Origin: Thermomicrobiales bacterium
GTDB taxonomy: Bacteria; Chloroflexota; Chloroflexia; Thermomicrobiales; UBA6265
Direction of reading: 5' to 3'
Length of the DNA: 42,797 nucleotides
NCBI GenBank assembly: GCA_035936075.1
Contig: DASYWM010000236.1
Span: forward strand, 1 to 42,797
The number at the start of each line of letters is the position of its first letter. Position 1 is the first letter of the stretch. This document shows positions 8,488 through 16,340 of the stretch, in pieces. The notes under the pieces were generated by a model. That model ran no database searches. It saw only the letters and a list, made by a program, of their open reading frames with translations, and was not told the origin of the DNA. Position numbers and translations under genes: made by a program.

Positions 8488-8668
8488 AGCCGCTCATCAA
8501 GCGGTATCAGGCGCTGACGGAGGAGTAATGCCGGTCGCAGGTATGCCATTGTAGGGGACGTACTTGGCTGAGCCCGCAGGGCGAAAAGCAGAGCGAGCCC
8601 TTGGCCGCGCCGACCGGGATGTGCCTGCGATCCGGGTATGCGCGGCCAATGTCGTCCCGTATGCGTAG
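8488..8668 (+). repeat. Copy 2 of the two-copy element. Its core (8611-8639) is inverted relative to copy 1. It carries a 32-nt insertion (8569-8600) bounded by duplicated TTGGC.
   Basis: See copy 1. Inverted repeats TTGGCCGCGC/GCGCGGCCAA lie at 8601-8610 and 8640-8649. Confidence 0.75.
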
Positions 8669-9157
8669 ACGGTACGCGACGCCATTGGATGCACTACTGC
8701 CCGAGGGCATGATGCGTATCTACGCGATCACTGCCCAAATCACGAGCCCATTATTATTGCTAATGTCTTTCCGACAGCGACGATGTTTCAGCAGGCGGTC
8801 ATAGCGAATCACGTACTAAGATGCTCAATATCGATGTCTTTCTCGCGGACGTTCTGTCTATTAACACCCAATCCTCAAGGTGCCTACCGGGCAGCCGGCC
8901 ATGGGCGCGGATCGGCCGCGCCCTGGGGGACTCGGCAGGCCGGCAGTGCCTGGCATGCCGACAGGGTGGGGCTTGGTGTTCCGGGTCGGCTGGCCTAATG
9001 GCTACTGCCCAATGCCGAGGCGCCGCTCACCGTGGATGTAAAGGGGCGCTCATTGTTCCGCTGATTATTCCAGCGCGTGCCAGCTGGCCCCGCCCGTCTT
9101 GAGACACAGATAAAGTGCGGAGTCTAGAATTGTTGCCTGCAGTGACCAGAAGCGCGA

Positions 9158-9514
9158 TTAGCGGGTGCCGTCTCGGACCGCCTTACGCACGGTCTCATGG
9201 GAGACACCTAGGTCCCGTGCTATGTCCCGCAAACTGTCATTCTTGGCTCGTGCCGCCACCTCACCCCATCGGTTCGCTGGAATCAGGCTAGCCCTCGCTC
9301 CTACCGCGAAGCGTCTAGCCCCACGGCGCTGAGCTAATTTCAAATGGTGTTCTGGGTATAAAATCGGCACCAGCGGTGGTGCTATCACGTCTATCTCGCG
9401 TAAGCTACCCCCGTCGGTTTCGCCAGAAATCGTGCAGTTCGGATCTGCCTCTTGCCCCGGAGTAGGGCCAACTCCTGTCTCCCGCTCCATGTCTGGATTG
9501 CACGGGAAAAGCAC
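9158..9514 (-). CDS. Small protein with a C-terminal helix-turn-helix. Possibly a remnant of a recombinase or transposase HTH domain.
   Basis: The C-terminal NDSLRDIARDLGVSHETVRKAV is a typical HTH. It has a GTG or internal ATG start with no clear SD, and lies in a visibly AT-richer stretch. Confidence 0.4.
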   Translation of the reverse strand: MLFPCNPDMERETGVGPTPGQEADPNCTISGETDGGSLREIDVIAPPLVPILYPEHHLKLAQRRGARRFAVGARASLIPANRWGEVAARAKNDSLRDIARDLGVSHETVRKAVRDGTR

Positions 9515-9523
9515 TATTTTTAA

Positions 9524-9549
9524 GATCCCTCGACTTCGCTCGGGATGAC
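9524..9549 (-). repeat. Copy of the dispersed GTCATYC-GAGCGAAG-...-GGATC repeat family (family B)
   Basis: The reverse complement reads GTCATCCCGAGCGAAGTCGAGGGATC, which is related to 14189, 15383, 18001, 18202 and 35913-35934 (minus). Confidence 0.6.
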
Positions 9550-9607
9550 ACAGTGCAGTCAGGATGCTCTCATGAATTTGGAGTGTGGCATTAGGTGTAA
9601 CCGGGCA

Positions 9608-9859
9608 TCAGGCAGTGTGCGTGTGCCGGTGGGCTGAGTCAGGTTGATCGACGGAGACGGTGAAGTGGCAGGTCTCGGTCACATAAGATTTCGACGCGTC
9701 CTTTTCTGCCATTGGCGTCAAGGCAATGGTGACCCGTTCCGGAAGCTGATCGAGAACCGACGGATCATCGAGCACATCCTGCACGAACACAAAGGCACGC
9801 TCGATGCCCTCCTCAATTTCCATCCGCTCGCTCTCGGAAAACTGCCGCTGTCCTGTCAT
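9608..9859 (-). CDS. Hypothetical small acidic protein (83 aa)
   Basis: The internal Met at 9859 is preceded by GGAGGA 9 nt upstream. The longer ORF-track N-terminus looks non-coding. I recognise no family. Confidence 0.4.
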   Translation of the reverse strand: MTGQRQFSESERMEIEEGIERAFVFVQDVLDDPSVLDQLPERVTIALTPMAEKDASKSYVTETCHFTVSVDQPDSAHRHTHTA

Positions 9860-10226
9860 TGCCGTCCATCCTCCACGAATCGTGAGAGGTGCCCCTGCCA
9901 ATGGTTCCTGATATCGCTCATGCCTTCGGTCAGCACATCGTTTCACTCTAGCATTCGCCGAGGGGCCAGGATACGCAACGTCCTCCTCCCCTCGATGACG
10001 TACCATGGGGCGTCCATCCGATCCTTGTTTACCATGGCGCAGGCCCGTGTCCTCGATGCGTATACCTATTAATAGCTCTTCGGAGCACGCACCTGACATG
10101 GCATCGCCGCTGGGCATTCTCATCGAACCCGATCAACACGCTTGATGGGAAATGACCATGATCATGATCGTCTGGGGCGCCCATCCCGACCGCAGGGGCG
10201 GACCCGGGAAGGGCCGTCCGCTCGGA

Positions 10227-11333
10227 TTACCGCTCCAGTAATCCCTTCACCGCCTCCCGGCCCTGCGAGGTAAGGACGAGGTTGCCGTCGTAGCGGATCA
10301 CAAGATCTCGGTCGATCGCGCGGCGAAGGGTGCGGGTAGTCGCCTCCGGCGTCCAGTGGAGCGCGGCACTGATGTGCCCGACCGCGCTCTCCGACGCTTC
10401 CTCCTCGGTGCGCTCGTGGGTCGAGAGGTGCATCAGCAGCATGTCGAGCGCGAACCGCTGGCGATTCAGCCGGTTCTGGCGAGCCTTGGCGACGAGTCCC
10501 TGGCTGGGGGAGAAGAGCAGCGCGAGCGCGAAGGAGACACCGGTCATCGTCACGATACCGCCGGAGACCGACCCATCGATCCAGATCGCGAGCCAGTAGC
10601 CGCTTACAGCCGAAAGCGCGCCCACCATCGCCGAGTAGGCGATCATCTCGATCAGCCGCTCGGTCAGGAGATAGGCCGTCGCCGCCGGCACGATCACCAG
10701 GGCAACAACGAGGATCGCCCCGACCGCGGTAAACGCCCCAACCGTCGTGATCGAGAGCACCAGCATCAGCACGTAATGCACGAGCACCGGTGAGAAGCCG
10801 ATCGTGGCGGCGAGGCCGGGGTCGAACGTGGTGAGCTTGAGTTCCTTGTAGAAGAGGAAGAGGAAGCCCAGGTTGATGACCAGCAGGGTGCCCATGATCC
10901 AGAGCGACTGCGGGCCGAGGTCGCGCCCGCCGATGACCAGGTGGTCGAAGAACGAGAACTCGATATTGCCGTAGAGGATCGCGTCGGTATCGAGATGGAC
11001 GTTGGCGAAGAAGCGCGAGACGAGCACCGTCCCAAGCGCGAACATCGCCGGGAAGACAATCCCCATCGCCTCGCCACCCTCGATACGACGGGTCCGCTGC
11101 AGGGCTTCGACGAGGGAGACGGTCAGGATCGCGGCGCCGGTCGCGCCGAGGGCTCCGACGAGCAGGTTCGGGCTGTTGGCGAGCCAGTACCCCGCGACAA
11201 GCCCAGGCAGGATCGCGTGGCTGATCGCATCGGTCATCATCGCCATCCTGCGCAGGATGAGGAACGTGCCGAGCAGGGCGCACGCCATGGCGCACAGCAC
11301 ACCGGTCAGCAGGATGACGGTGCCGGACGTCAT
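10227..11333 (-). CDS. Metal ABC transporter permease (ABC-3 family, TroD/MntD-like) fused to a C-terminal DtxR-like winged-helix domain
   Basis: The core from [11 protein letters not shown]...DAISHAILPG is a typical ABC-3 permease. The start at 11333 overlaps the upstream stop (ATGA). The last ~100 aa (FALDMLLMHLS...LHWTPEATTRTLRRAIDRDLVIRYDGNLVLTSQGREAV) resemble the N-terminal DNA-binding domain of DtxR/MntR repressors. Confidence 0.85.
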   Translation of the reverse strand: MTSGTVILLTGVLCAMACALLGTFLILRRMAMMTDAISHAILPGLVAGYWLANSPNLLVGALGATGAAILTVSLVEALQRTRRIEGGEAMGIVFPAMFALGTVLVSRFFANVHLDTDAILYGNIEFSFFDHLVIGGRDLGPQSLWIMGTLLVINLGFLFLFYKELKLTTFDPGLAATIGFSPVLVHYVLMLVLSITTVGAFTAVGAILVVALVIVPAATAYLLTERLIEMIAYSAMVGALSAVSGYWLAIWIDGSVSGGIVTMTGVSFALALLFSPSQGLVAKARQNRLNRQRFALDMLLMHLSTHERTEEEASESAVGHISAALHWTPEATTRTLRRAIDRDLVIRYDGNLVLTSQGREAVKGLLER

Positions 11334-12259
11334 CCCTGTGCCTCCGGCGCCACGGCCGGGAGACCGTTTGCATGGAGGTTCCTGCGCTGACGGCGCCGGC
11401 GAACCCGATCCGGAACGAGGCCGTGTGTCGGCGCGAAGAGGATGGAGATGAGCACGATGATTGTCAGCGCAAGGACGATCATCGGGCCGGTGGGAAGCCG
11501 GCTCGCCTGCACGCTGATGACCGCGCCGCTCACGCCGGCAACAGCGCCGAAGCAGGCGGCAAGCACCAGCATGATGTGCAGGTGGTTCGTCCATTGCCGG
11601 GCTGCCGCACCGGGACCAATGACCATGGCCGCCATCAGGACGACCCCGACCGTCTGCAAGCCGATCATCACCGCGACGACGAGCAGGGAGGTGAGCAGGA
11701 TGTCCAGGCCGCGTGTCGGCAGGCCGATGCTGGCGGCGAAGAGGGGGTCGAACGAGAGAAGCTTGAATTCCTTGTAGCAGGCGACGACGATGGCCAGCGC
11801 GAGGGCGCCGAGGATGGCGAAGGTGACGACATTCCTGGCGACGAGCGATGCGGCCTGGCCGAAGAGATACCGGTCCAGGCCCGCCTGGTTCGCATTGTTC
11901 TGCTGCTGGATATAGGTAAGCAGCAGGATCCCCACACCGAAGAAGACGCTGAGGATCACGCCGAGAGTGGTGTCCTCGGTGAGCTTGGTGTCACGGACGA
12001 CGCGCAGGAGCAGCATGGTCCCGAGCCAACCGGCGATCCCGGCACCAATCAGCAGGATGATCGGCGAGCGGGAGTTGGTCAGCATAAAGGCGACGCAGAT
12101 GCCGGGTAGGGCAGCGTGGGAGAGCGTATCCCCGAGCAGTCCCTGGCGGCGGAGCACGGCGAAGGAGCCCAGCACCCCGCTCACGATACCGAGAAGCATC
12201 GCCCCGAGCGCGACGTTCCGCAGGGTGTAATCGAAGATCAGGTCGTGCAGCAGGCTCAT
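11330..12259 (-). CDS. Metal ABC transporter permease (ABC-3 family, TroC/MntC-like)
   Basis: 309 aa, polytopic, with the [10 protein letters not shown] motif. Its start overlaps the stop of the upstream ATPase gene by 4 nt. Confidence 0.9.
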   Translation of the reverse strand: MSLLHDLIFDYTLRNVALGAMLLGIVSGVLGSFAVLRRQGLLGDTLSHAALPGICVAFMLTNSRSPIILLIGAGIAGWLGTMLLLRVVRDTKLTEDTTLGVILSVFFGVGILLLTYIQQQNNANQAGLDRYLFGQAASLVARNVVTFAILGALALAIVVACYKEFKLLSFDPLFAASIGLPTRGLDILLTSLLVVAVMIGLQTVGVVLMAAMVIGPGAAARQWTNHLHIMLVLAACFGAVAGVSGAVISVQASRLPTGPMIVLALTIIVLISILFAPTHGLVPDRVRRRRQRRNLHANGLPAVAPEAQG

Positions 12260-13053
12260 TGTGCCGTGGCCTCGTGCTCCCGCAGCTTCAGCAGGTTCGT
12301 GTTGCCGCCGTAGGTCTTCGCCAGGTTGTCCGCCGTGAAGATCTCGCGGAAGGGCCCCGAGGCGATCTTGCGCACGTTCAGCAGTACCAGCCAGTCGAAG
12401 TACTCCGGCGCGGATTCCAGATCGTGGTGGACACAGATAACGGTCTTGCCCTGGCTCCGGAGGGTCTGCAGCAGGGTGACGATGGCGCGCTCGGTCTGGG
12501 CATCGACGCCGACGAAAGGCTCATCCATGAAGTAGAGCTCGGCGTCCTGCACGAGCGCCCGGGCCAGGAAGACGCGCTGCTGCTGGCCGCCGGAGAGCTG
12601 GCTGATCTGCCGGTGCGCGAAATCGGCCATCCCGACCTGCTCCAGACTGTGCATTGCCCGCTCGTGCTCCGCCTTGCCAGGCCGCCTGAACCAGCCAAGC
12701 TGGCCGTAGGTGCCCATGGTCACGACATCCAGCGCGCTGGTCGGGAAGTTCCAGTCGACGCTTCCCCGCTGGGGCACATAGCCGACGAGCTGGCGCTGCT
12801 TCGCGGATGTGTGACCGAAGATCTCGACGGTCCCGGCGGCAACCGGCACCAGCCCGAGAATCGCCTTCAGCATGGTGCTCTTGCCTGCGCCATTCGGGCC
12901 AATGACCGCGGTCAAGGTGCCGGTCGGGATTGTCAGGTCGACATCCCAGAGGACCGGTGCATCGCGGTAGGCGACGGTCAGGTCGTGGACCGTGACAGCG
13001 GCGGTCTCATCGCGGATGACAGGAGGGGACGGCCGTGAAAGGGTGAGGTTCAT
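12256..13053 (-). CDS. Metal ABC transporter ATP-binding protein (TroB/MntB/ZnuC-like)
   Basis: Walker [10 protein letters not shown], signature LSGGQQQR and Walker B LYFMDEP. Overlaps both neighbours by 4 nt. Confidence 0.92.
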   Translation of the reverse strand: MNLTLSRPSPPVIRDETAAVTVHDLTVAYRDAPVLWDVDLTIPTGTLTAVIGPNGAGKSTMLKAILGLVPVAAGTVEIFGHTSAKQRQLVGYVPQRGSVDWNFPTSALDVVTMGTYGQLGWFRRPGKAEHERAMHSLEQVGMADFAHRQISQLSGGQQQRVFLARALVQDAELYFMDEPFVGVDAQTERAIVTLLQTLRSQGKTVICVHHDLESAPEYFDWLVLLNVRKIASGPFREIFTADNLAKTYGGNTNLLKLREHEATAQ

Positions 13054-14081
13054 ACGATCTCCATTGATGCTGCAAGTGTCTCGCCGTCGCCAAGCAGCGC
13101 GGTGACGATCGTGGTGACGTTATGGCGCACCATGCCGATGTAGGTGCCGTCGGCGGTGCCCTCTTCGCCCATCGCATCGGCGTAGAGTTCGCCGCCAATG
13201 GCGACATCCCAGCCGCGGGCGCGGGAGGCAGCCTGCACGGCCTCGATGGTTGCGGGCGGGACGGATGACTCGACGAACATCGCCCGGATCTCTCGCTCAG
13301 CAAGAAAATCCGCCAGCTCCTGGACATCCCCCGCGCCCGCTTCCGATGCGGTGCTCAACCCTTGGAGACCGCGCACTTCGAACCCGTAGCGGCGTCCAAA
13401 ATAGCTGAAAGCATCATGGGCTGTCACCAGCACACGTTGCGATTCCGGAAGGCGCTCGACCTGCTCGAAGACCCACGCGTTGACCTCGTCGAGCTTGGCG
13501 ATATAGCGTTCCGCATTCTCGGCAAAGGCATCCGCATGGGCCGGGAACATCTCGATGAGGGACTCGGCGATCGTCTCCGCGACGATCCGCCAGAGCGACA
13601 CATCGAACCAGACGTGCGGATCCCAGGTGGGGCCTTCGCCCACCACGATGAGCCGCTCCTCGGGAATGCTCTCCGAGACAGCGACGGTGGGCTTTCTGCC
13701 GGAATCGCTGATCTTCTCGAAGGTCTCACTCATGCGGCCCTCGAGATGCAGCCCTCCATACAGAATGAGATCGGCATTCCCGAGCTGGATGATGTCGCCG
13801 GCACTCGGCTTGTAGAGGTGAGGGTCGATTCCCGGTCCCATCAGGCCATTGACACGGACATGCTCGCCACCGATGTTGCGGGCGACATCGGTGATCATAC
13901 CGATCGTCGCCGTGACCATTGGTCGCTTGCCGTCACCGGAGGCAGCAGGATTGTTGGTGAAGCCGACGCCGGCAGCAACCGCACCCACGGTGATGAGAGC
14001 GCTGGCGATCAGGTTGCGGCGAGAGATGGGCGTGCGAGTGTTCAGGGACATGGTCCGTTTCGATTGTCTGGTCAGCGTCAT
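13050..14081 (-). CDS. Metal ABC transporter substrate-binding protein (cluster A-I, TroA/MntA/PsaA-like), Tat/Sec-exported
   Basis: [20 protein letters not shown] signal, then a typical ZnuA/TroA-fold sequence with no His-rich loop. An alternative start at 14051 ([14 protein letters not shown]) is equally plausible. Confidence 0.9.
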   Translation of the reverse strand: MTLTRQSKRTMSLNTRTPISRRNLIASALITVGAVAAGVGFTNNPAASGDGKRPMVTATIGMITDVARNIGGEHVRVNGLMGPGIDPHLYKPSAGDIIQLGNADLILYGGLHLEGRMSETFEKISDSGRKPTVAVSESIPEERLIVVGEGPTWDPHVWFDVSLWRIVAETIAESLIEMFPAHADAFAENAERYIAKLDEVNAWVFEQVERLPESQRVLVTAHDAFSYFGRRYGFEVRGLQGLSTASEAGAGDVQELADFLAEREIRAMFVESSVPPATIEAVQAASRARGWDVAIGGELYADAMGEEGTADGTYIGMVRHNVTTIVTALLGDGETLAASMEIV

Positions 14082-14098
14082 TCGACGAGTCGGCGCAA

Positions 14099-14118
14099 GG
14101 TTTAGCCTTGGCTAAACC
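14099..14118. promoter_or_regulatory. 9-2-9 inverted repeat GGTTTAGCC-TT-GGCTAAACC. Candidate DtxR/MntR-type operator of the metal-uptake operon.
   Basis: Perfect 9-bp arms lie 18-48 nt upstream of the two candidate starts of the SBP gene. The TTAGCC/GGCTAA half-sites resemble DtxR/IdeR-family operators. Confidence 0.5.
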
Positions 14119-14188
14119 CTATGGTACAACGATTGTCCTCGTTTGTCGCGTGGAGGGTCGGCAAGCATTTTTAGTTCGTCGCATCGTC

Positions 14189-14241
14189 GTCATCCTGAGG
14201 CTTTAGCTGAAGCATTCCCCGGCGGAACCGATCCTCAGGGC
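14189..14241 (+). repeat. Family B repeat copy with internal CCTGAGG/CCTCAGG inverted repeat
   Basis: GTCATCCTGAGGCTTTAGCTGAAGCATTCCCC...GATCCTCAGGGC, related to the 18001 and 18202 copies. Confidence 0.5.
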
Positions 14242-14473
14242 ATCGTGGCGACAGCGTTTGCCCCTGCGGCAATGCATCCCGGCTCCCGCCCATTGGGTCG
14301 GCGCGGAATGATGCGCGTGGGGTAGGGAGAGCCTTGTGTCTGCCCCGTTTTCTGTCATTAATGATGGGTTGCCGTTTCGGGTCGACACGAAGGAAGTTGC
14401 CTCCATAAAAAATCCATCGTGCCTCTCACCGCCTGCGGTACGATCTCTTAAAGAAACGAAGACACTCTCCACG

Positions 14474-15334
14474 ATGGGACAACGACAGATGGCAACAACC
14501 CGCTTTGCGCAGAATGACCTCGCTCGCCTGAGTTACGAGGTCGCCGGTCCGGCCCACGGTCCGGTCGTGGTGCTGCTCCACGCGACGCTCGGGGACCGTA
14601 TCTCCCTGCGCCCCCTGCGGGAGCGACTGGAGGGGCAGGCGAAGGTCATCCTCGCGGATGCGCGCGGCCACGGTGCCAGCTCCGGCCTGGCCGGGAGGAC
14701 GCTCTCGAGCACCGATTTGGCGAACGATGTCGTGGCGATCCTGGAAGCAGAAGAGGTGACCGATGCGGTGCATCTGGTCGGGCATGGGCAGGGAGCGATC
14801 TCGGCACTGGAGCTCGCCCACTGGAGTCCGGACCGGATTGCCTCCATGGTCCTGATCGAGCCGGATGCGCTCTCGATCCTCGAAGGCGAGGCCGATGACG
14901 CGGTGAGCGAGGCACGAGAAGGAGCGAGGAAGGCCAACCGCGAGGCCGCCGATCACTCTTACAAGGGACTCGCGGACAAGGCATTGAACCGGTATCTGGA
15001 TCGCCGCTGGGGCCAGGGGTGGCAGGATCGGCTGACGAAGCCGCGCCTGGCGGCGGTGCGACGCAGTGTCCAGGCGCTGAGTGCCTCCCTCGACGCTGAA
15101 GAACGATTCCGGATCCTGCCGGAGCATCTCGAGGCCCTGGCATCCCCGGTTCTGGTGGTGACAGGAGAGGATTCGCCGGAGGCCGAGCAGCACATCGCGG
15201 ACCGGATCGCGTCGTGGATTCCCGGGTCAGATCGGCTGGTGGTCGAGTCTCTCCCCGGCGGCGCACCGTTCAGCCCGAGCGATGGCGGCGCGGCCGGCCC
15301 GATCGCGGATTGGGTGCTCGCCCGGTTCGGGTGA
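14474..15334 (+). CDS. Alpha/beta hydrolase fold protein
   Basis: VVVLLHATLGD near the N-terminus and nucleophile-elbow-like VGHGQGA. The start is taken at the Met at 14474. The ORF-track upstream extension looks non-coding. Confidence 0.8.
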   Translation: MGQRQMATTRFAQNDLARLSYEVAGPAHGPVVVLLHATLGDRISLRPLRERLEGQAKVILADARGHGASSGLAGRTLSSTDLANDVVAILEAEEVTDAVHLVGHGQGAISALELAHWSPDRIASMVLIEPDALSILEGEADDAVSEAREGARKANREAADHSYKGLADKALNRYLDRRWGQGWQDRLTKPRLAAVRRSVQALSASLDAEERFRILPEHLEALASPVLVVTGEDSPEAEQHIADRIASWIPGSDRLVVESLPGGAPFSPSDGGAAGPIADWVLARFG

Positions 15335-15344
15335 CAATGCGCCT

Positions 15345-15373
15345 GTAAGGGTCGACTCCATGTCGACCCTTAC
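15345..15373 (-). repeat. Family A hairpin repeat (GTAAGGGTCGAC-TCCAT-GTCGACCCTTAC), immediately 3' of the hydrolase gene
   Basis: 12-bp perfect stem and 5-nt loop. The reverse complement matches the consensus GGGYSRAC-ATGGA-GTYSRCCC-YTACR, shared with 18403, 32578, 36270 and 40460. Confidence 0.8.
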
Positions 15374-15382
15374 GGAACTTCT

Positions 15383-15435
15383 CGTCATTTAGGGGACGCA
15401 GTCCGATGAAACCCATGCGAAGCGACGTAACGCTA
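15383..15435 (+). repeat. Family B repeat copy
   Basis: CGTCATTTAGGGGACGCAGTCCGATGAAACCCATGCGAAGCGACG is related to CCGTCATTCAGAGCGAAGCGATGAATCCCAGGCGAAGCC at 18202. Confidence 0.5.
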
Positions 15436-15576
15436 ACTGACGTTGAACCTCTGGAGAGGGATTTCGGGGTCGAATGACTCGCGCGAAGGCCATGCTTGCG
15501 AGCATCGCTTCGCGCCGGATCCACACCGGGGGAACCGTATGGGCGAGTTGCATATTCGCCCAATTGACCCCAAGTC

Positions 15577-16170
15577 TTACTGTGGGCGCAGCCCGTTCAG
15601 CAGCATATCGACGATCTGCCTGGCGAGGGCGGCGTCCGGTGGCGGAGCATCAGGCTCGAAGCGGGCAATCTGCATCTGTCCGACAAAGGCGGTGAAGCAG
15701 ACCCGGGCAATGAGGTTGGGGTTGCCGGGCGCGATCTCCCCGGACGCGATGGCGTCCTTGATCGGCCCCTCAAGATACGTCCATGGCCGCTGGTAGGTCT
15801 TCCAGAAGGCGGCCTGGCGCTCCGGGCTCACGTGCTGGTGGAAATCCCCGAAGAGACGGTTGAGATCGGCCCGCTCCGAGCTGAAGAGGTAGGTCGCGAA
15901 GGCGGTAAGTCGCTCCCCGAGTGACTGGCCGGTATTCACCGTCTCTGCGAGGCCCGCCTCCGAGCGGGCGAAACCGCTCTGCATTACCTCGACAAAGAGG
16001 TCTTCCTTATCCTGAAAGTGGTGATAGAGCGTCGCCTTGGTCACCCCGGCCGCATCCGCGATCTGCTGCATCGAGACGCCCGCGAACCCGAGCTCCGAGA
16101 ACCTCCGGAACGATTCGGTCAGGATGCGCTCTCGTGCCCCCGTAGGCGTTGCTGCCGAAACCTCTGTCAC
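15577..16170 (-). CDS. TetR/AcrR-family transcriptional regulator
   Basis: N-terminal HTH FAGVSMQQIADAAGVTKATLYHHFQDKEDLF. Divergent from an MFS efflux gene. Confidence 0.92.
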   Translation of the reverse strand: MTEVSAATPTGARERILTESFRRFSELGFAGVSMQQIADAAGVTKATLYHHFQDKEDLFVEVMQSGFARSEAGLAETVNTGQSLGERLTAFATYLFSSERADLNRLFGDFHQHVSPERQAAFWKTYQRPWTYLEGPIKDAIASGEIAPGNPNLIARVCFTAFVGQMQIARFEPDAPPPDAALARQIVDMLLNGLRPQ

Positions 16171-16236
16171 GGATACCCTTCCTGAAGTCCCACATTGACG
16201 TTAGTAGCTCTCGTTAGTATAGTTGGTTTCTGCCTC

Positions 16237-16256
16237 CCTACCAACCGGTTGGTAGG
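16237..16256. promoter_or_regulatory. 20-bp perfect palindrome CCTACCAACCGGTTGGTAGG. Candidate TetR operator.
   Basis: Exactly self-complementary, and located in the 170-bp divergent tetR/MFS intergenic region. Confidence 0.6.
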
Positions 16257-16340
16257 TTCCCTAACAGAAAAGGATCGACCTCAGTTCATGCTCGATCTAC
16301 TCAGAACACCACACGTCTCAACACTTCAGGAGATCACCGC

